A stretch of DNA of 64,000 nt from an uncultured virus (IMG/VR IMGVR_UViG_3300033998_000157) (Duplodnaviria > Heunggongvirae > Uroviricota > Caudoviricetes): IMG/VR virus record IMGVR_UViG_3300033998_000157, one strand, 5' to 3'. How positions within the stretch are numbered: the stretch's first letter is position 1; each line of letters starts with the position of its first letter. Positions 1 through 15,300 of this stretch are shown here, one piece after another. The notes beneath the pieces are model-generated. The model worked only from the letters and a program-made list of their open reading frames with translations. It did no database searches and had not been told where the DNA came from. A program made the translations under genes and the position numbers.

Positions 1-2
1 AG

Positions 3-2384
3 GAATGGCAATATTCTCCATTGTTATATGGATCTAAAATGGAATATCAAATATTTGGACAACCTTATCCAACACCATTGAATTTATTTGGAATTATACC
101 AGCAATATCAAATCATTATGATAAAAAATTGTTAATGTACAGACCATATATGAGAACTGGAAAACCAGAAGGCACATTTATACCTTAGTTATTAGGAGTG
201 CCTGGAATATCTGATAATCCAGTAGGATTTTTAGCTAATTTTGCAGTAAGAGCTTTAATGCCAACTGAAAATTTGTTAGATGATTATGTAGCTCAATTGC
301 AAAAATATCATATAAGCATTATGCAACAACAACCAACAATAGAATAGGTTCAATAGTATATAGTATCTTCATAGCTATAGGATCAACAATTATCTATAAG
401 AAGAGCAGTAGGGTTTAATAATGAATAGGTAAGTTAGCAATATCAATTGTTAAAATCAAAAGGCGAACGAATGTATGCGGATTATTTAAAAAATTTCGAA
501 TATTCAATGTATAGAATTGAAAATTTAAGTGAATGGTTCTAGGAATATACTGGTTTTATTGGTTTTGCAGCTTCTATGTTAAACCCATTTGATAGTGGTA
601 ACGGATTGAGAGAGATAACTATTTAGACATCTGATTTTTATAGATCACCAGAACGAATGTATTATCAACAAAACTTAGGTAACATCTTTGGTTTAACTGA
701 ATTTTACCGAAGGTTAAATCAAAGTCAGAGAAGATTAGAATATCAAATAAATCCATTGCCAAATGCATATATGACATTAAATTACCCATGGCTCACAGAC
801 AGATTCTTACAAGGAGATCCTTATTAGAAAATAAATTATGGTGAAATAAGATTGCCTGGACCGGGTTACGAACAATTTAGAGGTTCTGTTGATGGTTATG
901 GACCAATAGATATTTATAGAATTTTATCTAATGTTTCTCCTTACTCCTCTGCGACAGATGAATAGGAAAAAGCAGTTGAACAAATACAAAAAAATGAAAC
1001 AACTGACCCAAGATTAAGATATATTATACAACAATAGAAAGAAGAACGTAAAGCAGTTCAAGAAGGATTTAAAACAAGAGAAAAGACATTCACTATTGAA
1101 TTAGCCAAAGAAAAATATACAATGGAAAAATATTTAGGCGAAGGAAGATTCCAGACAGCAGAAGGTGAAATTGTCGAATTAAGAGGTTTTACAACAGATA
1201 TAGATGCAGTTGCTAAAAGAATTTTTGAAACTCAAAATGTAAAAATAGAAGAAGCTTATAAAATAGCAGAAGAAGAAATAGCAGAAACAGAAAAACAATT
1301 AAAAGCATTAGAAGGTCAACAAGTAACATTATACGTTCCAGAAGACGAAGGTTTGAAATATAGATATTATGATAAAAATGATATTAGAACACAAGCTATT
1401 TTGCCTAAATTGAAATATTCAAAGCATATGCGGACAGATGATACTTCGCTTGATGTTAGATAGAATCATAGTTCAAACATTATAAATAGAGCATGGGAAA
1501 ATTTCTAGCATATGTTTGGATTTGTGCATGAAAAATTCATTCCAGTTCGTTCTTAGTTTGAAGAATATTCAAGATACTATGCATATGGACAATATAGAGC
1601 ATTGTGGCAAAAGCCAATATCAGATATTCTATTACCAAGTTAGTTAAATACATTACAACTTAATCCTTTCGAATAGTCTGCTCATAGTTAGTTTGTAGGA
1701 TATATGTTAGGTGCTAATTTCCAAACAAAAATTTTCTTTGCTGGTATTAATGCCACAGTTGGTGCAATAGGTTCTATATTAACACCAAGGAGTTTGATAT
1801 TGCCAGATAAAGAACGTAGTAGAGAAATAGAAGAAGAAACTATGTTTATAAAACAACAACAAGGAGCAAAAGGATTTACTGATTATAAACAACTACCTTC
1901 ATTAAAACAAATGCAGAAATTGTTACCAATGACAGAAAGAAGTATGTTTTCCAAATTGATAAATTAGCCAAAAAGTGATTGGGATAAAATATTAGCAGTG
2001 GCTCCTGATTATATGAAACCTATGTTGCAAGAAGTATATGAAGCAAAAGAAACTTTTTATACAGAAGGATATTAGGATACCGCTATTGAAGAAAGTTCCA
2101 TACAATATTACAGCAAAGAAGTATACGGAGATTAGCTTAATAGAATAGATGAAGATTTAATTGGTAATTATGATGTTATAGATCCAGAATAGTATAGAAC
2201 GCTAATGTAGTTAAATAACGTTAAAAATTTATCTTCAATGAATATATATGAAACACAAATAATGTCCGCCATGAATGGTTTATCACAAGTTAATTCAAGA
2301 TAGGAGTATGATTATTATAGTTCATAGAAATATTATATTAAAAATGCTATGAGAACGAGGGAACAAATTTACAATAATTACTGA
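3..2384 (+). CDS. C-terminal part of a large putative virion protein (5' end outside window; TAG read-through)
   Basis: Frame includes track ORFs 1122-1463 and 1704-1967, joined across TAGs (EWQYSPLLYG...GDPY*KINYGEIRLPGPGYE). Ends at TGA 2382-2384, which overlaps the next gene's GAGGTGA RBS. Confidence 0.75.
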
Positions 2385-2395
2385 GGTGATTGTAT

Positions 2396-5300
2396 ATGGC
2401 TGATTTACCTAAAATACAAAGGTTATTTAGTGTAATGAATGTAATGAATCAAGACAAAAGAGAAAAATTATTTGCTGTTGATTATTTGAATACATAGAAA
2501 CTTTTAACAGGACAAACACGTTTAGATGTCCAACATTCTATAGAAAAATATGTACAAAGATTACAACATTATAATTTAACTCCTTCAAGTGGGAGTTATG
2601 TATTACCTTCAATGAACATGCCAGAATTCTTAAAGGGTTCTGGCATTTTCGACTTCAATTATTAGAATGGGTAGTATACATTTACGGACGAACAAATTAA
2701 TGCTTTAAAAGACTTTATAAACAAAAACGCTATTGGTTTTGAATTTGATGAAATGTCAGTACCTTTTGTATATTATGATAGAAAAAATAAAAGATTTGAT
2801 TTAAATACAGGAGCTGTCTTAGGCGAAGACGAGGCTATGCAATATAACAGATTTACAAATGCAATGTATGACATTCGTGGTGATTTTATAGGGTTCTATG
2901 GTAGAGAATAGTAGAATGGAAGCCAATATAAATTATATAGAATACAATCTCCAGATGATTTAGATCAATTAAAAAATATGCAGTTTTCTGAAATAGTTCC
3001 AGTATTTAATATTAATATGCATAATATAAAAGATAACGTATCTTATAGTTTTAATGCTGCGTTTGGTAATGAAAATTTTATAAGAAGATTATATAGAAAT
3101 ATATCAGAATAGTTAATCAAAGGAAGCCATTCATATTATCAATAGGAAGAAAGAACTATTGGAAGTATGATTGGTAAATAGCAAGGCTATATTAATTCTG
3201 GCGACGATATTTACACAAGCTTTAAATCTGATGATACATTAGCAAGAGTTATGCAAAGTGCTCCAATAGAAGTAGATAAAAACGGTCATGCTAAATCATT
3301 AGTTATATTAAAAAATTAGATTACAGACACGATGGAACATTAGAATGTTAATGTTTATTCCTTAGAAAAGGATCATAAAAACTTCAAATCTGTTGCAAAA
3401 CGTATAGTATCTGGCGAAACTGAAAATATAAGATTAGTAGCAAGAGATTTAAATTCAGCTAAAGTTAGAGAAAATATCAATAAATTATAGTATGCAATTC
3501 GTGCAGAAATGCAAAAAATGAGTGATGAATTAGGATTAACTTAGGATGACCTTAATATAGAAAATATTAAAGCTAAAATAAGAAGTAGTATAACTGTTAT
3601 AGATGAAAATGCATATAGAGAATAGGAAGATTTTATCAGAAGATTATATGCATAGCCACAAATGTTTGAAAGCATGAGACAATTTGGAATTAGAACATCT
3701 GAATTATTTTAGAATAATTTCTTCAAAACATTTGATCAACAACAAATACAAAATATAGCAGACTATATTAAAAACGCTGGACCAGAAGATTTAATTAAAA
3801 AATATATTACAGGACAAGTGTTTGGTGCATTATTAGAATATGATGAAGTAATTCATTCAAATCTTAAAAGTTTTAATAATGAACTCAATAAAATTATCCC
3901 AGATGCATCTATTAGAAGAGATATAACTTTGAAAGTAAATAAAATGTTTGAATTGTATAAACAATCTGTATCAACAAAAGATATTGTAGAATATAAAAAA
4001 ATTATAGACACATTAGCATCAGAATACAAAGAATTACAAGATATAGTAAAACAACATCCTGTATTGCAAACAATAGATGGATTATTGCCAGATTTACCAG
4101 ATATTTCTAAAAATCCATGGTTACAATAGTTTGATATATCATTATTTGCAGGTGTAAATAAAGGTAATAAGTTAAATTATATAGAAGGTTTAGTAGATTT
4201 AAACACAGAATATATGTTCTCTGGTATTTCACCAGATCAACTCAGAAGAATAATTACTCAAAGATTAGCACAAAATTTATTTACCGATGATGAGTTGAAA
4301 AATATAGATTTGACATAGCAAGATATAATTGCAGAATTAAGAAAACCTGGAACATTAGATACAACAAAAATAGCATTTTTAGAAGGTTTCGTCAACAATT
4401 TAGATGAAATCACCTTAAATAATTTTGCAAATGAATTAAGCAGAAAAGGAAACGATATTTTAACAAAAGAAATGTTTGAAGCAGGTGTTGGTAAAAATGG
4501 AAAACCTGTATATTTACACGCAAATGAGTTAGTAACAGCAATATTCCAAATTATAGAATCAAAAAAACAAGGACAAGATATTTCATTAAGAAATTTATTC
4601 TATGGTTATAAAAACAAGAAAAATTCTTTATATGATTTAATTGCTAATAAATCTTTAAGAAAAGATTATTACATTACAACCACTCAATCATAGAATGCTA
4701 TATAGAATTTATTAAGAATATAGTAGGCAACAGTATAGGATTAGCAAGAATTAGAACCACATCTTGAAGTCTTATTACCATCTATAATAGATTCCAAATT
4801 ATCTGGTTAGCTTATATCAAAGCAAGTAGCTAAACATATGATACAAGATACAATTTCTTCTGGAGATAAAATAGATGTAGAAAAACTTAAATACTTGAAC
4901 TTTCTATAGCAAGGTGGTAAAACTGGCGGTTATAATGATGGTTCTCAATTTGGAAATTTATATATTCCAAATTTATATGAAGAAATTAATCAAACAGCTA
5001 ATAATATTAATATACACGATATTTTTAAAACATCAAGTTATAAATATGATAAATAGAAAAGGAATGTTAAAAAAAGTTTCTACGGAAAACGTTTCGCTGG
5101 ATTTAATATAATAGAGAAGAAAATTGATAACATTAATAAAAATAAATATATTTATACAAAATAGGGTGATTTTGCAAACCGAAAAATAGCTGAACATGTA
5201 AATCAATTCTATACAAGTTTATTTAAATCAGGCATAGATTAGACTGACAAATAGAAAATTGCATCTTCGTTATAGTTCGGATATATGTATAATGTAAAAG

Positions 5301-8300
5301 ATTTAATGTCTAAATTCGGTATTAATTCACAATCTAATTTAGAGAAATTTACAAGAAATGCTATTTTTAGATTCTCTTTTGAAAAGAATGTAAGATTGTT
5401 TAATTTGCCAGATAATTTTAGTGATGAAGATTTGTAGAAACTTAAAAAAGAATATTATGAAATTCTTGAAGACTATTATGCATAGTTTAAACAAAAAGGT
5501 ATTACTTCTGTTAGAGATATTAAAAAGTTTAATAGACCATTTGCCCAAAGATTATAGAAGTTAATCAGAACAAATAATCCAAGTCAAAACGCAGAAGATA
5601 TATAGGATTTAATTTTACGTCAAGTATCATTAGGCGAAATGTTTGACAAACATACTATTGTTTCTCATTTAGGTGATATAAGAAAACTATTAATAAAAGA
5701 TTTGATAAGCAATTAGCACGATAAAGATATATATACATTAGATACTGTATTAGATTATTTAAATAAATATTCTGTTGATGAACTATCTAAATTATAGAGT
5801 ACAGACCAAATAGCAAAAACTGCATATAACGGAATTTACATTCTTAATGAATTATTCCAAAATTATATTACTGGTGAATCTAATTTTGATATTTAGAAAG
5901 AATTATATAGTCTTTTTGTAAAAACACAATATTCGCCAGTAATACTAAAAGAAATATATAGCAGGATGCGAACCGATGGTTATTTAGGTATGGGTTTAGA
6001 CAAATATTTCGATGAATTATTATATAAGTTATCAGATCAATAGGATGCTGTAGCACAATTGTTTTAGTAGTTCAGAAACATATTTAATTCTGATTAGTCA
6101 ACATTTAATGTAATTAAGCAATTTATAGGTTATGATATTAAAGGTAAAAGCGGTAGCTTGCCATATATATTAGGAAAATATATTTATGATTTATAGATAA
6201 TGCTTAGTTAGGATCCTAATAATCCAGATTTAAGCGAAGGTATAAAACAGTTTGCTATAAAATCAATTTTCAGCGACGATATAAATGAGGGTTTGACTTT
6301 TATCGGTCAATTATTATCAGATTTAACAGACGCACAGTATAAGTCAATGTTAAATGAAGATCAGATTAATAAAACACTATCATTCTTTTTATACGGCAAC
6401 TTTGATTATAAAAATTAGAAAGAAGCTATAGACAAACCATTGCAAAGAATGATATACAATCAATTAGATGAATATTTTAAATAGTTTAATATAGATATAA
6501 CTGGAAAAGATTTTAATGAAATATTATTTAATTAGCCAATTTTGTTAAAATAGCAAATATAGTAGGAACTTATGGATATGTTTAATTTAAAAAAACCTAT
6601 ACCAACAGAAATGTTTGATGCCAACGGAAATTTAACTCCTGAATTTCAAGACTTTTTAGATTACATAGAAACACAATAGGTTGGAAAATATAATTTGAAA
6701 ACTTAGTTATCTGGCGAAGTTAAAACATCTAAAGGATCAAAAAAGAAAAAATATGAATATTTTACTAGCACTTCGCAAGACTCTAAAAACGTTGAATTAT
6801 GGAGTGCTAATTATATTAATACTCTATTAGCAAGAGCAAAAGGTATAGATGGAAATAGGCTAACATATTTAACATATCAACAATTGAAACCACATTTGAG
6901 AGCTAATGGAATTAATATAGCTGGTGATATATCAATTAAATTAGTATCTCAAAGAAAAACTGGCGGCACTGGAACAATAGAAAAATTACAAGCAACATAT
7001 CATGGATAGATAAAAACAGCTAACAAATTCGCATTAAGAATTAATCCTAAGTTAGCTAACAGTATAATAGATGAAATAGTTAATAGCAATTTGTTTGAAA
7101 TAAGCGGTAATTTAATAACAATAAAAAGCGAATTCGTAGAACTTTTAGAACCATTCTATAAAGCAGTAAATAATCCTGGGGATATTAACAATTTATTGGA
7201 ATTTTAGAAATAGTAGAAAAAAGGTAATATATTAAACGATTAGATTAAATTATAGCAAATTTCATAGTATTTCAGTAAAACTAAACATATAGGTCATAAT
7301 ACTTTACCAAATATACACGATGTATAGATAACTAAAATATTACAAGGAGTACAAACAATATTAGAATAGACAAACGGCGATGAACAAGCAGTATAGGCAT
7401 TTATGCAAAAATCGCTAAATATGGATATAAACAAATTCTTTGAGACTGTATTCGGGATTAATTTAAAACAAAACTTTAATAAAACTGTTGGAGAATTATT
7501 AAAAGAACTTATGTAGCCAGGTGCTAACTCTGATGTAATTATAGGTAGAGGATTAATTCAATACATAACAGCAGCATTGAATCAGAATGCTGGAACTATA
7601 ACATCAGAAACTAAACCTTTAACAATAGATGATTTAGACATAGATAAATTAAAAAATACTGTAGTGAATGTATTAGATCCGAATACTACTTTATTCAACA
7701 CAATGATATTCTTTAGTGATAATCAAAATCTGTAGTTAAAAGGAATTCTCGGTGTCAATAGAGGTATATTAGGAAGACAAGATAAATTATCATTAATAAA
7801 TGATATGATGAATGAATTTTAGGTTAATTTTAAAAATTAGTAGAATAGAGCATTTACTTTAGGAGTAAATAAAGGTGCAAAAGTATTATCCTCCAAAATG
7901 AAAACATTAGATTCAATATTAGCAGAAGCAATATAGTTATTGCCAGAAGAAAGTATAAACAAGATTGCTAACAATAATATATATACATAGGTAAAGAAAA
8001 CATTTGATGCTTTTGGCATAAACGCAGATGATGACACTATGAAATAGTTCAATTAGTTCTTATTGTTAGCAGAATTATCTTCTGGAAAAAATGGCGAAAG
8101 AACTCTTGAAGTAATTAATACTTTAATTATCGATTAGTTATCAGGGCAAGATGATTAGCTAACTAAATTATCAAGCGAATTAGAAATGGTATCTAACGAA
8201 TCAGTGGAACGATTTTTAAGAGTAACAAGAAATGTAGAAATGGTGATGGGTAAAGACTATGTTGCAGAACAAATAAATAAATCTACTGGTTCGATAGATG

Positions 8301-9274
8301 ACTTTTAGGCAATGCTTTAGAAGTTTGAATAGATTTCTCGTTCGGCTGGATACCCAAGTGACAACTACGATTTAGGACAAGAATTTTCCAACATTATAAC
8401 TATTTAGAGAGGATATTCAGAATCTGCAAAACAAAGCACTAATTAGTAGGAAATTTTATTGGAAAGATTCGAACAAGGTAAAATATAGACTGTTGAAGAT
8501 TTGTAGAGAAATATAGAAGATATATTACAAGATAGCAATTTAAGTAATACTGTATTAAAAAATGTTATAGATTATATATAGTTTAATCAAGATTTTGATT
8601 TAGATAAAGTTAAAAATATATATGAAAATTTTGTAGAAGTAGCAAATGATGATGGAACAACAGAGTTTATAACTGGTGCAAGAGAACAAGATATACACGA
8701 AACCACACTTATTGCAATGCTTAACAATGAAAGAGAAGAAATGCTTGATTAGACTTCCGTTAGTGAATAGTAGATTATTAATGAATAGGTTGCACAAAAA
8801 CAAATAATAGATGCAACAACTGGATATATTAAACAACCAGACGCTACAGTGTCAGGTGCTGTTTAGGAAGAAGTAAATGAAATGATAAATGGTAGAGTGT
8901 CTTAGACAACTGTTGTAGATTCAATTGATTCAGGAGTACGCAACCAAGCACCAAAAGTAAATGAAGAATTTATAGAAAAAATAACAAATTAGGCAGAAGG
9001 ATTTTTCGGAGATGTTAAAAACTTTATTTCGTCACATAAAAAAGGAGTGCTTATTACATCTGGAATAGTAGGATAGTTAGCAACCATTGGTATGTTCGAA
9101 CGTCAAAAACACAAAGATGATATTGAAGATTTAAAGAAAGTTATATCATATAATGAATATAAAGAATTACCTCCTGTAATACCAATGAGTAATAGCCCAA
9201 CCAATTTAGGATATTATTATCAACAACATATGTATAATAGTTATTAGAATAGAATAAACATAAATCAATTATAA
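2396..9274 (+). CDS. Giant (~2292 aa) hypothetical virion protein with a C-terminal hydrophobic segment
   Basis: GAGGTGA RBS and ATG 2396; same frame as track ORFs 3818 and 4472; TAA 9272-9274; KKGVLITSGIVG*LATIGMF near 9040-9100. Function not recognised. Confidence 0.7.
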
Positions 9275-9283
9275 TTGTTAATT
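9275..9283 (+). promoter_or_regulatory. TTGTTAATT candidate late-promoter motif
   Basis: Intergenic, starts 30 nt before GTG 9305; recurs upstream of several other gene starts. Confidence 0.5.
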
Positions 9284-9304
9284 TACTTTCAGGAGGTGCG
9301 ACAA

Positions 9305-12300
9305 GTGAATAAAAGTCTTTTAACTCATTATGAAATAATAAACAATAAATATTATTTATAGCTTGAATATGATCCAGAAATAATAATAGGCAACGTCGTC
9401 TTAGCAGGTGGCGTTGCCGATATTGCTATTTCTGAATTTTAGCAATAGCAACCTATGGATATCCCTGCATTAGGTACTGCGAGTGTATAGAGTTCAGGTG
9501 CACACGATACTTCAATAATAATTACCACTATATTTAATAAAGAACTTTCTAAACCGACTGCTAACCCAATATATTAGAGTATTAGAGGAATTGATTTTTT
9601 AGCTGACTTATATTCATTAATATAGTTAGCTAAAGCATTCCCTATTGTTCCTATATATTCTCATAAAATCAAGAAAATGTTTGACGTTGTGCCTGATAAT
9701 GAAGATTTATTAGGTGATGATGGTAATATGTTCTTTTAGGCTATCCAAAGCATTAACATAGAAACATTGAAAGGATAGCCAGAAAGTTATAAAGTAACAA
9801 TAAATTTATTACCTACACATATTGTGGATCCAGAAGACGATACTATTAAAATACGTTTTAGAGATGCTACTCAAAAAACATTAGAAACATATAAATTCTT
9901 TTTATCTAACGAAATAAAAACAGAAATACTTAATATAAGACTACAACTTGTAAAAGATTTACCAGAACAAAACAAAATTAAAATAAGTATAGATAAAGAT
10001 TATATATATAAAATGTTATACAACAAATTAATTAGTGATTTTGGAGAAATAATGAATTTAGAAGATTATGTACCCACAAAAGTTAATAGAAAAACATTTT
10101 TAAAAATAATTACGGAATTGAAAGAAAAGCTAAATAATGCTTTGCTTAATTCAAATGCATTAGAAACTATAGATACATATATAAAATTATAGAGTAATAT
10201 AGAGAACATTCAAACTGCTGAAGTAAATTTAGATTTAAACACAACAAATGTATAGCCAATAGAATATTCATTTAATTATAGCAATGTGTTTTCGACGCAG
10301 TTTTTTGAAAGTAGTAAAAAACCGTTCAGACAATATCTTGGTACAAACGGTATTAAAGGAAATATCACATTATAGTTTGATGTGTCTGATGATTATATAT
10401 AGATGGATACAATACAAGAAATTATACTATTAAAAAGAAGTTAGGAAGAATTAGTTAATAAATATAAAAATTATATCTTTACTGTACCTTTTAAAATAGA
10501 AGGTATTCTAGAAACTTTCGGAATAAAATTATTATATACAACTAACATAGATGTAAAATTCGTAGAAGACAGCACAACATAGTTTGTGTTAAATATGCCA
10601 TTTTATGCTATCGATGAACTAGATTTTATTACATTTTAGCAAAAAATAGATTCAATAGAAGCGGAAGTTGAGCGAATATTAAACAAATCTTAGTTGTTTG
10701 AAAGTGTAAGTTTTTATAATTTTGTAAAGGGAAAAGGAGAACTTACAAACAAAGATTTTCTTGAAATCTTTTTAAAAGATGATTCTTTAATGAAAGAATA
10801 TGAAAATTTGGAAATTGGTCATTAGAAAGAATTTTTAGAACTATTTGAAACAGGAAATTAGTTATTAGAAAATGAAAAAATAAATTATTCAAAATTCATA
10901 GCTAAACTAAATATATATAACAAAATGTTTGTTGAAATATTATCATATATTCCAACAATGTAGTATTAGATGGATAAAGCATACATAATACACAATTTGA
11001 AAAAAGGTGGCTTTGCAAATAAAGCTTTTACTATATTAGATATGTTAAAAGATCCAGCATATAGTACTTTACCAACATATGCTAAAAAGACAGCAGATAT
11101 GTTCTATGAATATATACCAAATGATTATGAATGGTTAGTAAATTCTAACTTAGATAACGCTTTAACAAAAAACTTTAATTCAACAAATATTAAAAATATA
11201 GGTTCATTGATATAGACTTTAACTGTTGATAATATTATTTTTGGAAACCAAGATTTGCAAAATACTTTAACAAGTTTATACCGCGATTTTGAATATCAGT
11301 TTATAGTTAATAATAGCGATTTAGCATAGTAGTATATAGCTCATACACTACAAAACGTTTTTTAGAAAAAGTATCCCAATACCACATTTAAAATATTCGA
11401 TAGATTATAGACAACATTATTTATCACAGAGAGTGAAAACTTAAGTGATATTATAGATATATTTAGAAAATATTAGAAAGCTTCATCGTAGGTAGATATA
11501 ATGACATAGTTCGACGATTTTCAATTTGAAGATGTTTTGGAAATAGAACAAATTAAAAAAGTTTATAAAATTATGTATATTTAGATATTTTATTAGATTG
11601 CATTTAACAATATTAAATAGGTATAGTTAGATGTTGCTAATACCATTAGTCAATAGGGAACATTATTAGATAAAATATTAAATATATTAACCTATATTAT
11701 AAATATCCCTAAATTAATGGTGCATTTAATATCTAAATAGTTAGATAAAGATATGAATGATATTTATTTGAAAATAATAAAAAACTTAAATAAAGAACAA
11801 AGTGAATTACAAAAGTTTTTATATAAAAACTTCAATACAATAGTGCCTTCTGATGTTTAGGATGAAATATAGAACTAGTTTGCTACATTAATTCAAAATT
11901 ACAGCGATGATTTAGATATAAAATTATCACTAGATGACAAATTAAGAGAAACATATAAAATTTAGACTGTATTTGCTTTGAATTTTTAGAATGTTCTTAA
12001 AGAAATATTTGTAAATCACAATTCGCCAATTTTTGCAGAGCTTATAAGATATCAACAACCATATACATCTCAAATTGATAAGTTATAGAATTACTATTTA
12101 ATATTAAAAGATTCGTTGATTAATAGTTTAAGTTATTTATAGAATGATCAATACACAAAAAATTATACTTTAAAAGGTTATCCCATTATTCAATTCAACG
12201 AATATTATATTTAGTAGATGTATAACGAATAGGCACAAAATGAAATTGAAAGCAATATAATTTCTGATGTCCAAAACAAACATTCACAAATTATACAATG

Positions 12301-15300
12301 GTTAAATTCATTTACCATTGCACCAAAAATAACTGAGCTGTCACAAGAAGAAAAACAGGCATATATAAATTATTTTTCAATGTTAAGTTCTAATAATAGT
12401 AAATATGATAAGATTATACAAAACTAGGAATTCGCAGAAATGTCAGAATTGCAAATAAAAAAATTATATAACGTTGATACAACAGAATATACCAAACACG
12501 ATGTTGAATTGTTATTTTTAAGTGCATAGATGTCAGATCCTGATAATGTTACATTCCCTTCTGCAACCGGGATTACAAACAAAATAGAAGCATATTTTAA
12601 CTAGAATAATTAGTTATATAATTTAAGAACTAATGAAGATATGAAAAGCAAAATAGAACAAATCGATAATGAATTGAGGAATTTATTAAAAAAATCAGAA
12701 CAAGAACAGAACAGCATTATATCTTCAAAAGAAACAGAAGTTAAAAAATTGATAATAGATCTATATAATGACCCTGTATATAAAACAACTAGCAAAGTAA
12801 ATTATATAATTAGCAATTTTAACAAGGCAATAAATAACAAAATAAATATACCGTTGTCTTTAACAGGTGTATATTTAACTTCATATATGATATAGCAAGC
12901 TACACAAAAATATACATTGTTATAGAAGTTATAGCCAAAATAGTAGCTATTAATAATATTTAGAAATGGTGTAGATAAATCAATATTTGTTTATCCATAG
13001 GTATTAAATTTACAAGTCACAAGAGAATAGGATAATCCAGTGGACACAGCAGTAATTACAATACCTAAATTATAGGGATTAAATGATAATACTATTAACA
13101 TCTTTGATAAAGATACTAATTATTTACCATTAACATTATTATTACAACCTGGTGTTGATATAGAAGTAAGAATAGGTTATTCTAAAAAGGTTAACCAATT
13201 AGATAAAATTTTTGCTGGATATATAAGGACTACACAAGATAACGGAGCATAGCAAACAATTATTGCTGAGGGCTATGGAAGTGTGCTTGTTAGACCATTG
13301 TTTAAAAAATCATCTCATAGTTTTTAGTTCTTTACAGAACCAAGAAAGCTAATTGTAAAATAGTTAACAGAAGTAAAATCAGAACCATTAGGTTATAAAG
13401 AAAATAATTATGAAGATTTCATTCAAAAAATAATATCAAAAGATTATTACCAATTGTAGTCAGATGATAAAATTTTCTTAGGTTAGATGACATTACAAGA
13501 ATTTGCTGAAAATTTATATTATCCAAGTAAATATTGGACTGGTTTAAGAAGTAACAATGCTACAACAAAAACATATTTTAGCAATTTTGAAATGCACTTT
13601 GCTAATTACACAATTAAACCAGGATATTCAGCTTGGGATGTTATATCAGATTAGGTAAGTATGTCATAGGACTTTATTTAGCAGGTTGAACCTATTGAAC
13701 CATAGGGACAAGCAAGATTATTTTTTGGTAAACCATTATGGTAGTTTAAATATAAACAACAGGATATCATAAATAGATATATTACAAAAATAGATTTAGA
13801 AAAGCAGTTAATTGAAGCCAAAGAAGTAGCGGAAAAGGTATATAAAAGTATTGATAATCAGTATAAAAACATCAAAAATCTTATTGATGACGAAACTCTT
13901 ATTAAAAAAATGCTATATATATAGTTATATATGGTTGATAAATATTACTTAACAAATCCAAAACCATTTAAAAACATATCTAACTTTTTAAATACTAATA
14001 CAAAACCAATTAATTTGATAGATCCTAATGATGCAAAACCAAAAAATATTATTGAAACACTTATTGAAATTAAAAATAACATAGATTTATTCAAAACTGT
14101 TAATTGGTCAGAGCTATTCCCAACTGACAAAACACGTTATTTAAATAATGATATCTTTATGTTTTTTGCAAATGAATTTGAAAGTAAGCTTTCTTTTGAT
14201 TATATGAAAATAATCAAAATTGATTTTACAATCGAAGAATTTATACAATACATGTTGTTATTTATTAAAGAAAATGAAAATGAATTTAAGGAATATGTTG
14301 TTGATTATACAGAATATATTGAAATTTTAGAATTAATGTCAGAATTAATAGCGTTCCATAAAAAATATTATGGTACAAATAAATCATGTTTTGTATCTGA
14401 ATTTAGAAAACATAAAAATATTATAAATAATATATATAACTTCTTATATTATAAAATACAAGACAGAGAAGATCTTGATATAATAGAGAACTATTTATTG
14501 ATTTCTATTTATTCTGCTTTCACTCATATACTTAATGATTATAATGGTTTTCGGTTGAAAATCGATTATAGAGAAGATTATATACTAAAAGAATTAACAG
14601 ATTTGATGGCAATTTATAAAAACGAATATGCACCAAATAATATAATGGTAAATCAAATTATTCAAGTAGCTAATCCAGAATATTTAAACAAGAAATTAGA
14701 TGAATTTAAACGCAAACGTTCTAAATATCTATTTGTTGGTAATTTTAGATATGGTAATGCAATATACGATCTTATGAGCGAAGATTTTATAGATTATCTT
14801 AAAACACAAGTTAATATGTAGTATGAAATAAGTCAAATTACTCAACAAAAATTTAATACACCAGAAAGTCTATATGACGAACAAATAACATATGGAGATT
14901 CTGGAAAATTTTTATTTACATCTAATCTAAATGTAGTCGAAGATATAATATCTCTAATAAACAGCAAAACTAACCCTCATATATTGGAACATTTAAGACC
15001 AAGTTATGATTTGTATGATTTAACATTCAAAATAAAAGATCTTTATAACAGAAATTTCCCTGATTTTAGATGGTATGCAGGTAGTGTGACAATTTCAGAT
15101 ACTATTGATATAATAAGTGCACCACAAATTATTTCAAGTTTTAAAGAAATATTAATCCTGTATGCGCAACTATATTATGCTGTTAACTATTTGCAAGAAA
15201 AAATTATAACAGATAACCTTGATAAAACATTATTAGAATATTAGAAAACAATAATAGCATAGTATTATTATTCTATTCTACAAAATGATACATAGGGAAT